Virus record (IMG/VR): IMGVR_UViG_3300024272_000023
Strand: one strand, 5' to 3'
DNA from: a virus
Taxonomy: Duplodnaviria > Caudoviricetes
DNA: 64,000 nt
Notes under the pieces: generated by a model
The model's input: the letters and a program-made list of their open reading frames with translations, nothing else
Told to the model about the DNA's origin: nothing
The model's database searches: none
Part shown: one piece after another, positions 29,801 through 39,000 of the stretch
How positions within the stretch are numbered: position 1 is the first letter of the stretch
Layout of the letters: each line of letters begins with the position of its first letter
Made by a program: the position numbers and the translations under genes

Positions 29801-30301
29801 ATATGCTGCCTTAAGATCTTCTGGATTTTGAAGCAGAGCTGCAATAACCGAACTATTTCGTTTTCCGGCTAGAAGTTCCAATAATCCCGCTCTAGCTTTG
29901 TCATCAGTAATTTGGTCCCATACCTCTGCGATTTCCAATAATATCTGATATGTGCTTTTATAAGCACCAGTATCAGTTAAAATATCTACGCCAGAAATGG
30001 CCAATACTTGACTACGAAGTTTTGATGTAGATTCGACGGCGCCATCGGTGTCTAAGCCTTCTTCCTCTAAAACCTTCACTGAAGTTCCACGCAATCTTAA
30101 AGATGTTGTCTTCAATGCAGTTCCCACAGAATCCGCGTCCTGAATTATAGCATTGGCTGTCGCAGTCAAGGCTGCCGCCTCGGCAAGGTTACCGCCTGCA
30201 GCAACCAATGATGCAGAAGATTTAGTTAAAGATTGGGCCAAATCTGCTGTCGAGATTGCATAGTTGTTGCCTATAATATTGAGCGTGTTAACAACTTCCA
30301 T
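23837..30301 (-). CDS. tape measure protein, C-terminal part (frameshift-separated)
   Basis: Begins in the middle of the TP901-type TMP domain (VNTLNIIGNNYAIS..GTALKTTSLRLRG..AGKRN). Contains TM segments, long coiled coils, a peptidoglycan-binding module and HAKGT near the C-terminus. Confidence 0.85.
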   Translation of the reverse strand: MEVVNTLNIIGNNYAISTADLAQSLTKSSASLVAAGGNLAEAAALTATANAIIQDADSVGTALKTTSLRLRGTSVKVLEEEGLDTDGAVESTSKLRSQVLAISGVDILTDTGAYKSTYQILLEIAEVWDQITDDKARAGLLELLAGKRNSSVIAALLQNPEDLKAAYKDAMNAEGSALKENEKYLDSIQGKIDQFNNAMQAMWSDTLDSDVVKFFVDLATQLVKIVDAIGPVNIAFVGFLTYLEKNHGIFSNFFKPAEDGVEALKQQLAKAEQDLAKTTQADVQHGNKRTAQERRDAQDRVDILRKQIDDAEPKAPVDPELGALIGDRDAFVKEVDAIKARREELAKAVESDSRDDMLKLVEIDTTSIDDDITDTQKKLEVAKQKLAKAESEPVTRKFNDGIRMNKERDQHITDASQEIANIEKDLDSLQKKKVDTVRYAAQFDLAEMDKTIGEASGKLDGMTAAINAKTAAEKADNIVTGESATIDAVAALASDGKVASTWKDVLATAMSKDATLADVGAKLKQLLIMKLLSTEYVKQQIANGALTKAQIANMTMTQLLGLGFKGLMAGIWGATKAMWTFMTTTPIGWILLAVGAVVALGAAFAAIHKSTEELQEELDGLKSELSDIRSELDSVNSELEKTNDRMEELLAKGNLTFEEQEELDKLRATNAELEHRKELLEDEEKHKAGIVGRQAAKVVDSKRDEIGTWLNGKSEDEEVLDDMADYREIKNKLDNASSLKDIEKYQKELDEKSAEIDEYIAVISEALNGVEYGDSAESDKALDYLAELRDQYSVARGTFNKTNYISRLFGDNASQELKDIKKDIEEAMKAGEEFDFSSAFDEDFKQNLYKMGVTVTDVKYYFQDLKKAEEEAQEFTTEDAIKAAAKLADKVESLKGAFEEFNETGIVTAQTLVELSETFGGMGDKWTDFVSIMTSGTASTEEAKAAINDLIETLITSALSGEKIETEQYVALWSQLTNMGVNNASELLNGIKEYSSIGEQIANEVLNGGKTIEEAISEYEKANNVLLTAEQKQVIAATYDAKSAKKKADTYNTQIQTLQTLTSEYERAKASEDELEKAVKKSEKKKSGKFLWISTRTEADKTNTATIASNEDNAEANRKAIQKQIEKLYDEVIAPTVEITDEQIAKYKETHFMARHMSDEEIKSEIARMVSTDEQLLALQTYFEDPQNYDELSEEAQGTLDELGDKLGLKVDLEFESFDTVADKVQSVYSTLKDITTEYNAQGYLSLDNLQALLQLQPEYLAVLKMEGGQLTINQSALQAMLETKLADAEATAVQTAITQLNALAERKKAIEVSNSAVAANQASIELGTYSGALSTVASDAIVAAGSVAAFNAALKGAQDNEFVSDEEWQQVLTNFQNTVGLIDSVRDNLPTSFNNILDPGSKTSGQEEAESEWDRLVAKYENRLALITNERNLIEAEIDKAEARGGKASAEYYEDLLRTSTEEKDLLEEQYTALSNYLEANKDAIDQDTWTDYNNTLNEVAVAIKECESNTIAWQEALREIDIHYFEQATDEISRLGKELELVDSLLEDEDVADENGNWSSAALTRMAMYTNLIEKAAADTQRYQSEIAKVEEQYKNGELSEEQYQERLATLTDGLYDSINAQNDARDSIIELNEARIDAIKEGIEKEIEAYEDLIDAKKEELDAERDLYDFRKNIKKQTKDISELERRIASLSGSSAASDVAERRRLEAQLMEAKEGLNDTYYDHSRDARSSALDDESEAYRKSQEKRIEKLEETLDNVELLIQNSMMDVLFNADIVYNELNDIADTYGITLSDELTQPWKDASAQAIAWKDELKLSMTSGEYAALIGEGGAITVFANGVGSKLSGSWNTAKVAVEKYSNFLTGTELGNKFSSTITGFANQIQKIIDKWNGVKTAADNAYQAQLRVQNVGGNPNAGSGSGSGGGGGNPTPTPSASVRTLQTILEQVYNKQVPVNGIWDTQTSNALKSVQKTIGVAQTGKYDYNTARALESNIKNRAIQSRKNGYSADADWYNKYYQMVPAHFHAKGTTGTTRDEWAITDEPQFGDELTMYATPEGTLSFMRAGSTVIPADLTRELIDLPKVVDGLINRPKFDSGINMIANAINKPEIVIDMENFLKVDRVDKDTLPQLEAMMDKKIDIFAKQLNYSIKRFSR

Positions 30302-33300
30302 TGATGTGTCCGCAGTATATCCAAAAGCTTGTACTGCTGAATCAACGAATCGGTTGCTTGAGAAACATCTGTAAATTCACTAACATTCATCAATATTTGA
30401 GTGCTTTCAGCAAATTTAACAGCATCTTCCATAGAATGGCCTAGACGGGCCCAGTCCGCTGTAGAACTCACAACCTTCTGAACCGTACTGCCAACCTTGT
30501 CTGCAGTCTTCGCCGCAGTCTCTAGGAACCTATCATAAGTTTCTTCTGTTTCGTTCGTTACCTTCTTAAGTTCTGTTAATGCAAGGTCGATATCTCTTAC
30601 ATATTGAACACCCTTCTTCAACTCATTAAACGCCTTAAAGATAATACTTGAGCCACTAAAGTACGTAAAGATTTCTTTTGTCTTACGAGTAATCGTTTCG
30701 ATAATCGTCTCCGTCTTCTTGATACCAGTACGCAGCATACTTAATCTGCCTGTAAGTGGATCTACCGTCGCACTCCAAGTTGCAAAAGTATTTGCTGCAA
30801 TCTTGGTCGTGCCAGTTAACTCGCCCGTCTCATCCTTGAGCCCTTTAATAGTCGTCTTACCAGACGAAGCATTTTTAATCGCCGCAGTGATATTATTCCA
30901 ATATTCCCTGGTACCAACAGCGCCAAAATTACTTGCGTCACCAAGGTCAGTTACATTGTCTCCGCTATACTTTTCATGAATCTTCAGATAACCATCAACC
31001 TCGGTCTTAAGTTCTTTAACTTTCGATATCTGTTTGCTTAGATTATCTCTATCCTCAGCAGACGCTTGGTCGCCCTTCTTGTCAATCTCATCGCGTAACA
31101 TACGCAACATCTTGATCCGTTCAGACAGCTCTTTAGCTTTGCTTTCAATATCCTTAAAAATACCCTCGGTACCAATAGCACGCACAACCGTCTGGTCACC
31201 AGCATTAGCTGCGGATGTCGCTGCATTAATACCAGTCGCTCTTTGGGCATCTTTGACTTGCTTCTTCCATGCGGTCTCAGCATCCTTATCGTCTTTCTTT
31301 TTCTGTTTATTTATCTCTTTTTGCGCCTTTTCGGCATCCAACAATCTTTTCTCGGCATCAAATGCTACGCTATACTTTTCTCTTAGACTAGCACTTTCGT
31401 CCATTGTCAACTTCAAGGACTTTCTTTTTCTAGATATCTCTTCTTTGAGATTTTCAAGCATAGCCTTTGTTTCAAGATTAGCATCACTTGCAAACTTAGC
31501 CGATAATTTACCAAGAGTTTTATAATCATTGATAAGCGATTTCATCATGTTGGAGCGGGCAGCCTGTGCTTTAGCTTCGGATTCTACGGGTTGCGCATTC
31601 GCCTGCTTAATAGCTCCTCGTGTAGCAATAACACCTCCCTTGGCGATCTTGCCGTCAATAGACTCCAAAACAGACTTAATTTCTGCCAATCTACCATCAA
31701 GAGCTGTACCGGCTATTGCATCAACGTTCGAAGGTGCAATGGCTCCAATCTTGCTGGTATTAGTATGAATATTATCAAGCACACCCTTGACTGTTTGCAG
31801 CGTATTTTCAAGTGCCCAAGGCGCCTGCTTCGGTTCTGAATCATTTTGTTGTGTTTGAGGATTAAGAATATTTGCAAAAACCTTAGTTAGTGTTGATTCA
31901 AGAGTAGAATCTTCTAATGCAATCTTATTTGCTGCCTTATCACTATCATCATGTGCAATCTTCACATTATACACAATCGAATTAAGAAGTGTTTTAAGTT
32001 CCTCTGAAGCTACAGACGCATGTTCTTCGCTTCCGCCAGTTTTAGCATTAGCCAATTGACCACGAAGATCAACCATCTCTTCCTGCATGCTTGTCATTGC
32101 ACGGTCATACATGTACGCCCTATCTTCTGCTTCCTTAGTTCTCTGATTTGCCTCTACTAGTTCTGCTTCGACGGCTTCTGTTACATGTCTTTCAGCAGCG
32201 GCCTCATCTTGTGCAACCCGCTCTGCTAGCTCAGCTTCTTCGCGCTTTCTATTTGCCTCAATAACTTCCGCATCCTTTGCTTCGAGTTGTTGACGCATGT
32301 TTTCAAGTTCCGCAGAAGATGCGTCTCCGGTACCGCCGCCAGGCGTCAATTGCTGTGTTTTTTCTAGGCTCTCATTGAGACCATTAACGGATTGTTCGGC
32401 AGCAATAATCTTTTCACCAAAACTTTGCCATTGTTTTCCTGGAATATCTAAAAGGTTTGGTGCAACTTCTTCTATCTTCTCGCCTACACTAATTAACTCA
32501 TCATATTCAGAATCATTAAGACTGTCCCTATTTTTAGTTAATACTGCATAGTTTTTTATCAACTCTTTAAGCTCTTCATTCGCACGAGCAAATTCATCAT
32601 CAAGAGATTCGGTTTTTATATCTTTATTCCTTGGTTGTGGCTCGTTATAAATATTTGCAATAGGCAATTCTGGCATTTTAATTGATTGCATAACCCCGGG
32701 AATACTTTGCAAGACTTCCTCTAAATCCTGTCTCAACATAACTTGGACGGCCTCTTGTCTTCCCTGGAGCGAACCAAACTTGTCTATTTGCTCATCATAA
32801 CTCATTGCTTTAACTTGTGCGCTCAACTTTTCATCTAAATCTCTGTATTTTTCGATGACTTCCAAAAGTTGAGATGGGTCTAACTTAGAAAAATCGAAAG
32901 CGAGTAATTCTTCACCGGCTCTAATGCCAAATTTCTTTATGTATGATAATTGCTTAAACCACGTTTCGAAATCGGTGACAGAAGGAGCCGCCGTCTTCCA
33001 AGAATGCGAATGTACCTCCATGTCGTATCCAAGCTCAGACATCTTTCTTGATGTTCCTGGGTCCATAGTAACGCCATGGGGGTCTCCAACAAAGAGTTCA
33101 CTCATATTGCCAGTTTGAGTATTAACAAAAGCTAAAGATTCATTTTTTTTGTCTGTTTTTTCAAATTCGCCCTGGAATTTATCCATCGCCTGCATCAATC
33201 CGAGCTCTTCTTTGCGAGCGTTGGCAGCTTTCTCTTGAGCTTTGGCTAATTTTTCTTCTTCAATGCGTTGTCTTTTCAGACTTTCTTCTTGTTCTTTTTC

Positions 33301-34836
33301 TGCCAATATCCTCTTTTCCGCTTCTTCTCGCGCTTCTTTTTCCGCTCTCGCTTTTGCCTCCGCCTCTTCTCTAAGTTTTTGAGCATTAGCAACATCCTCT
33401 GGTGTTAGAGCCCCGGTACCGTCCCCTCCAGCTCCACCCAGTCCAACAGGCGGTTTTCCTTCACCCATATTAAGAATGCTTTGTAGCATATTTTGAGCAT
33501 TATCAGCCATAGGCTTCAGTTGTTCATATAACGGCGTAAAAGGATTATTCTTTTTAGTTATCTTGTTTGAATGAGTTTTGTTTGCTGTTGTCAAGTAAGA
33601 TTCATATAGTCTAACATACTTAAGCAACGCCCGATATTCTTCTACCCAATTTCCGGATTCTGCCGCTTTCTGATATTGATCATAAAGAGCCTTAATTCCT
33701 TCGCTTGATTTAGAAGGATCAAATTCAAGAGCAGACGCGATGTGCTTTACCTGTCTATCATCAATTCTTTTTTCTCCATCAACACGAAGTTTGTTATACA
33801 CCTCTTCAATTTCATTTAATGTTTTTAAGCCGTTGTTTTCATTTTTTACAACGGTCTCAACGGCGCCTCCTGCAGTTTGTATCGATTTAGTAATTTCAGA
33901 TATTTGAGCATCAATCTCTGACATTCGATTCTCAACGGCGCTTAATTCCTTTTGGCTTTTGTTAATCGTGCCTGCAAATCTCTCCCATCTGTCTCCTATG
34001 AATTCGCCCGCATTAGTTTCATAAAACGGAACGAGAGGATTTTTACCAGCTTTATACGCCTTCTCTTCATATGCCATCCTATCTTCGGTAACATGGAAAC
34101 CATCACTGTCGTCGTACTCTAATAAGCCATATGCCGCCCGTATACTTTCTGGCACCTTTACTTCTGTTTTTTGTAATGACTTACGCATTCTATACAAATC
34201 ATGATATATTTCCTGTGCCTCATATAGAGCTTTTATATACTCCTGAGAATCTTGGCCCTGTTCTTTTCCTATGTCGCTTAATTGTTTTGCAGTATTGCGA
34301 AGACTGGAATACATTTCTTTTGCTTTTTGTATAATATCTCCATCAACATTCAAAGACTTAACGGTCTTGTCATCAAAATCAATTAAGCTATCAGCCTTGC
34401 CCTTATTTGTAACCTTTTTATTAATTTCGGCCTGTATTCTGGTACGCTCTCGTTTTAAATCAGCTTGTTCTAACCGCAGTTGTTTTAAGGACTCCTCAAG
34501 CCCGGCCGTTGAAGCACCACTTATTCCGCCAGAAACAGAATTCCATGCGTCCCAGAACGACGTCGCCGCAATCTTACCCATTTCTGCAAACATAGCAGGA
34601 GGCGGCATCTCGATTAGATCTGCAAAATTAATGCTCTTATTGCCCGCCTTGGTAAAAATCATCTCAAACGCCTTAGCAAGATTCTTCAAACTTGCAATAT
34701 TCTCTTTTGAATTTAAATCAATCTTAGACGCATTATCAAATATGTCGCTAAGCTCGGTTATAAGTTCTGATTTAGATTTCTTTTCAAGTCCAACGGCCAC
34801 GTCTAATATATGTTTAGCAACTACATTATTATCCAT
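30271..34836 (-). CDS. tape measure protein, N-terminal part (contains JAB/JAMM motif)
   Basis: Ends in the first half of the TMP domain (IDLALTELKKVT..TADWARLG..ATDSLI). The frame changes at about 30340. Confidence 0.85.
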   Translation of the reverse strand: MDNNVVAKHILDVAVGLEKKSKSELITELSDIFDNASKIDLNSKENIASLKNLAKAFEMIFTKAGNKSINFADLIEMPPPAMFAEMGKIAATSFWDAWNSVSGGISGASTAGLEESLKQLRLEQADLKRERTRIQAEINKKVTNKGKADSLIDFDDKTVKSLNVDGDIIQKAKEMYSSLRNTAKQLSDIGKEQGQDSQEYIKALYEAQEIYHDLYRMRKSLQKTEVKVPESIRAAYGLLEYDDSDGFHVTEDRMAYEEKAYKAGKNPLVPFYETNAGEFIGDRWERFAGTINKSQKELSAVENRMSEIDAQISEITKSIQTAGGAVETVVKNENNGLKTLNEIEEVYNKLRVDGEKRIDDRQVKHIASALEFDPSKSSEGIKALYDQYQKAAESGNWVEEYRALLKYVRLYESYLTTANKTHSNKITKKNNPFTPLYEQLKPMADNAQNMLQSILNMGEGKPPVGLGGAGGDGTGALTPEDVANAQKLREEAEAKARAEKEAREEAEKRILAEKEQEESLKRQRIEEEKLAKAQEKAANARKEELGLMQAMDKFQGEFEKTDKKNESLAFVNTQTGNMSELFVGDPHGVTMDPGTSRKMSELGYDMEVHSHSWKTAAPSVTDFETWFKQLSYIKKFGIRAGEELLAFDFSKLDPSQLLEVIEKYRDLDEKLSAQVKAMSYDEQIDKFGSLQGRQEAVQVMLRQDLEEVLQSIPGVMQSIKMPELPIANIYNEPQPRNKDIKTESLDDEFARANEELKELIKNYAVLTKNRDSLNDSEYDELISVGEKIEEVAPNLLDIPGKQWQSFGEKIIAAEQSVNGLNESLEKTQQLTPGGGTGDASSAELENMRQQLEAKDAEVIEANRKREEAELAERVAQDEAAAERHVTEAVEAELVEANQRTKEAEDRAYMYDRAMTSMQEEMVDLRGQLANAKTGGSEEHASVASEELKTLLNSIVYNVKIAHDDSDKAANKIALEDSTLESTLTKVFANILNPQTQQNDSEPKQAPWALENTLQTVKGVLDNIHTNTSKIGAIAPSNVDAIAGTALDGRLAEIKSVLESIDGKIAKGGVIATRGAIKQANAQPVESEAKAQAARSNMMKSLINDYKTLGKLSAKFASDANLETKAMLENLKEEISRKRKSLKLTMDESASLREKYSVAFDAEKRLLDAEKAQKEINKQKKKDDKDAETAWKKQVKDAQRATGINAATSAANAGDQTVVRAIGTEGIFKDIESKAKELSERIKMLRMLRDEIDKKGDQASAEDRDNLSKQISKVKELKTEVDGYLKIHEKYSGDNVTDLGDASNFGAVGTREYWNNITAAIKNASSGKTTIKGLKDETGELTGTTKIAANTFATWSATVDPLTGRLSMLRTGIKKTETIIETITRKTKEIFTYFSGSSIIFKAFNELKKGVQYVRDIDLALTELKKVTNETEETYDRFLETAAKTADKVGSTVQKVVSSTADWARLGHSMEDAVKFAESTQILMNVSEFTDVSQATDSLIQQYKLLDILRTHQWKLLTRSIL
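31839..31854 (-). repeat. 16-bp motif, copy 5
   Basis: ACACAACAAAATGATT inside the tape measure gene. Confidence 0.85.
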
Positions 34837-34848
34837 AATCCCACCTCC

Positions 34849-35373
34849 TTAATTCATTCTCTTAATTTGCTTTGCAAAAGAAGTTATAATGTTTTTATGA
34901 AATGTTGTATTTGCATAATTATTTAAGTATGTTGTCATATGTTCGGTTGGCGAAATAGCGTCAACGTTTTCATAATAGAACGCCTCGCCCGGCTTCGAGT
35001 TACCATCTGTAGCAGGATGAACACCGCGAAGATAATTATCTAAAATCCACGAACTATCGGTCGGACGGTACCTTTTTGACCCATAATACGTACCCTCTAT
35101 CCGTGCCGCATCATATTCTACACCAACACTACTTGTTATTTTATCTTTATCTTGTTGAATCGTCAGATATGGCACGATTGCTCGCCACAAACTGTCGGTA
35201 CGTTCGTAGCTCGTGGGGTCATACGAGTCATAATAACGCTCAAGGCAACTCATAGATTCTTTATATATATCTTTTACCGCCTCATTAGAAGCATATTCTA
35301 CTGCCTCTTTCAAGGCGCTCTCGTAATTCTTCATCAATTCGTCTATGGCAGACTCCAATGTTCTCTTTGCCAT
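34849..35373 (-). CDS. putative tail completion/neck protein
   Basis: YYDSYDPTSYERT motif; lies directly before the tape measure. Confidence 0.55.
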   Translation of the reverse strand: MAKRTLESAIDELMKNYESALKEAVEYASNEAVKDIYKESMSCLERYYDSYDPTSYERTDSLWRAIVPYLTIQQDKDKITSSVGVEYDAARIEGTYYGSKRYRPTDSSWILDNYLRGVHPATDGNSKPGEAFYYENVDAISPTEHMTTYLNNYANTTFHKNIITSFAKQIKRMN

Positions 35374-35390
35374 ATCTAACTCCTCCGTAA

Positions 35391-35963
35391 TTATTTAATT
35401 TTATCTAAAAGACCAATCAGATTGGTCAAATCTTCTCCCTTAATATCGGCGCCAAGAATGTTCTTCAAGTCAAAATTCTCAAACTTATCCTGGATCACCT
35501 CGAGCACTCCATCAAGCACGTCGGAAATCTTATTCAAGAAGCGGCCAACAAGTGCATTTGTACAATTATCCTCCAGCTCCATTTCGAGTACCATCTTGCG
35601 CAGAAGATCAATCTCGTCGTGCGAACCCTGGAACTGCGCTATAATCTGCGGAAGCAATCCGCTTTCAGCAAGCAGGTCATAATCTGAAATAGGATTTGTC
35701 GAGAACTTCAAATTGGTATGAGCCATAATAGAAGCCGCAATAAGTGCAATATAACCAGAAATGGAATCATACTTCTTAATACCATCAACCTCGGCTATAT
35801 TCTGCGCCGCCACCATCTCTGCGATTTCACGCTTAGTGCTGAACGGTACATACTCCTTAACCTCCAACTCCTTTTTGAGCCATTCAATTCTCTCCTTATC
35901 GCCCTGCTTAGTGTTCATAAATTTCTTTGCTTTGTAATTCTCGCAAAATTCTTTAATAGTCAT
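35391..35963 (-). CDS. putative tail assembly chaperone
   Basis: VKEYVPF..K, YDLL.ESGL; helical protein two genes before the tape measure. Confidence 0.55.
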   Translation of the reverse strand: MTIKEFCENYKAKKFMNTKQGDKERIEWLKKELEVKEYVPFSTKREIAEMVAAQNIAEVDGIKKYDSISGYIALIAASIMAHTNLKFSTNPISDYDLLAESGLLPQIIAQFQGSHDEIDLLRKMVLEMELEDNCTNALVGRFLNKISDVLDGVLEVIQDKFENFDLKNILGADIKGEDLTNLIGLLDKIK

Positions 35964-35993
35964 AATTATTTCTCCTTTTTCTCAATAAAATTT

Positions 35994-36009
35994 AATCATT
36001 TTGTATTGT
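35994..36009 (-). repeat. 16-bp motif, copy 6
   Basis: ACAATACAAAATGATT. Confidence 0.85.
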
Positions 36010-36031
36010 AGGGGCAGCTTCTGCCGCCCCT
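36010..36031. terminator. GC-rich stem-loop flanked by two 16-bp motif copies
   Basis: AGGGGCAGC-TTCT-GCCGCCCCT. A T-tract follows only on the + side. Confidence 0.6.
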
Positions 36032-36036
36032 TTATT

Positions 36037-39000
36037 TTAATCATTTTGCATTGTTTCTAATTTATTTTCAAGTTCTTCTACTCGTTTCTTGAGTTTCTGA
36101 ATCTCATTAACACATAAAGCTATGAATTCACCATATCGAAGTCCATAACCCTTTGAACCATCATTTTTATCATACTCTATATATCCAGCAAAATCAGATG
36201 TTGATATGTTTGTTTTTTGTAATGCATCTCTAACATCTTGCGAAATAAATCCTATATGATATCTATTACTATCGTTAACATTAAACTTATATCGCACAGG
36301 CTGTAGTTCGTCAAAGAATGTTCCATATTGATCTGGAATGGCCTCTATTGAGTTCTTTTCATTTCTATCAGACAACGAATTAAGATCAGATTGTACACAC
36401 CAAATCTCTTTCCATCTACTATCCTGAGTTCCTAATGTATACGTAGTCTCACCGTTCTTACCAGAAACAAAGTTACCATTACAAGTTATTTTATTTACGA
36501 CTGAAGCACTAGGCTGGATAAAGTCACCAACATAATAACTCACGCTATCAAATGTTTCCACCTTATATCCTCTTTGTATCAAATGTGGAACAGTAAATGA
36601 TTTACTACTTGCTCCAGGTTCAAAGGTTACATAATGTGATATATTTATATTATTAGTATACCACACAGTTACTCGAAATGTCCGACTTTGCAAAGGGGTT
36701 CTCTTGTGTAATATACCAGTACTAGGATCCTTAAAATAAAGACTTACACCAATCTGAACTTGACCTTCGTCCCGTACTTCCTCTGGAGTTATTATCGTCA
36801 GCCCTAACTGAATTGGAATGCCATAGTCAAAAGTTCCTTCTTTTATAATCGTGCTTCCTGCATGAACCTCCACTTTTTCAGATGGTGTTTCTGAATCATC
36901 TAAATCTAAAGATGTCATTTCGTTCATACCTGATATTATGCTTGTTTTTACTTTGGGCGACCCCAACTCTTCTGTCGCACTTACTTTCTTTGTCATTACT
37001 TCTCTTGAATTGGAATCCAAAGTTAATCCACCGTCTTTGGAAGTTATTAAGCCTTTATATATTGATAACGCTCCAAAATGTCCTTCTGTGGCATTAACCG
37101 TTCCATTAATACTTGCTGCGTTCGCATACAAGCTACCATCTTCAAGGACTAAAAAATTCGGGAGTATTGGACCTGTAGGTTTCTTGAAAGCAGAACCCGC
37201 AAAAATACGAGCATTAGAAGTTGTATTGGGATTAACTATAGAAGAAAAAATGCTAGTTAGTACATATCCCCACGTTACAGGACGTTCGCTGTTGTTCCAA
37301 GTGGAATCCCAACTAGACGGCTGAGGCGTTGCCTCACAATATATCATACAAATAGATAAGTCATCAGTGGTCATTCCGCATGAAAATGCATTGGCCCCCA
37401 TAGTGCTGACACTATCAGGTATATACACTGTTTCTAGGCCGGAGCAATTCCAGAACGCCTCTTTGCCGATGCTTGTTACGCTGTCGGGGATCACTACACT
37501 TGTAATGTTTGCTTGATAAGCAAACGCCTTATCACCAATACTTGTGACACTATATTCTCCTATTTTAAATGGAATATTAACTTGACTAAGATGAAGTTTT
37601 AATTTCGTTATCTCACATGTCTTATCATCATCATTTTTTTCAATCTCAAAGATATCTTCATATGATAATGATGACAATGATGATGAACAAAGTCCCACAT
37701 GACCCATTAGTTCCGTACCTGAATATAACATATCCTCTTCAATATGCCATCCGCCAATAGTGCCGCCAGTGGCATCAACATCCCTAGCAACCACATTTCC
37801 ATTTGTATCTACGATAAATTTGTCAGCGACATTAATAGCCTTGCTGTATGTACCACTATCAATATTATCAGCCGAAAGGGTTAAACTGGTTGCATCGATT
37901 TTACCGCCATTAATAACAGTTTGACCGTCCTTGTTTGTTGTTAGCCCATTTATTGTATCGCTCCAGGATTTAAATGTAGTAGTGCCATCCACACTAATCT
38001 TATCTCCCCGAATCGTCACACCTTCACTGGAAGCATTAATACAAGTAATAACATTATCTCTTCCTACCATATCCTCGGGAGCAGGTGTCCAGTCTGTAAC
38101 ACTGTTGCCCCTTTCAATTTTTATATCCGTAACATATATCGGATATTTTGCATAATAGCCTTCGGCATCCGCTTCGTAGGTAAATACACGAAACCGCGCA
38201 TTTGTCATATCTGTGTGTTGCGAAGAAACAGTCCAATGGTACCTTTCAGGAACAGAAGTTACTTCCAAGAATTTTTGTGGTAATGTATCTGGCCATAAAT
38301 CCCAGGTCAATTTTTGTCTTGCCGTTGTGTCTGTGGTTTCAAGCCAAGCCGTGAATGAAACGGTATATTCTGTGTCAGTTTCCAAATCCAAATCCTCGGA
38401 GTGACAAAAAATATCATAATTAGTAGTCCCACCAGCACAAACAAATCCAAAACCGGACTTGCTATTTTTGTCAATAGCTATTGGCGCGGTATTCTTGCCG
38501 TCAACAGTCAAAGAATAGTCGGATTTTGCAATTAGATTTCGTCCGCCGGCACTAACAACGTCTTCTGGGGCCGGTGTCCAGCTAGTCGCTTTATTTCCCT
38601 TTTCTAATTTTAACTCGGAAAACTGGATTGTGCCTTTGTAATAATTATCATAATAAAGTTGAAAACTTAGATAATATCCAACGGCATTTTCTTCGACAGC
38701 GAACGTTTCCGCAAAATAAACCCAGTCTGTGGTATCGGCTGTCGCAATAGGTGTATTGATGCCACCAGTCCAATAGTGAGAAAACTCCGAATCAGTTGCA
38801 TTCGCCTGTGATCTTACGTTCAACGATATGAGCGAACCGCCGGAAGTTGCGGTAGTTGCGGAAGTTGTAACCTTCACTTTGCCGCTGAAGGTGTATGTGC
38901 TACCAGCTTCAAGCGTGTACAGCGCAATCGCGCCGGGGTTCATAAAGCGGTAATAAATCTCGTTTATAGAAGTATTTGCATTTAGCGTTAAAACGCCGTT

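Noticed and set aside
30271-30360. Programmed -1 frameshift or intron in the tape measure gene
   Set aside because: There is no X XXY YYZ slippery site and no intervening sequence; one missing base explains the break.
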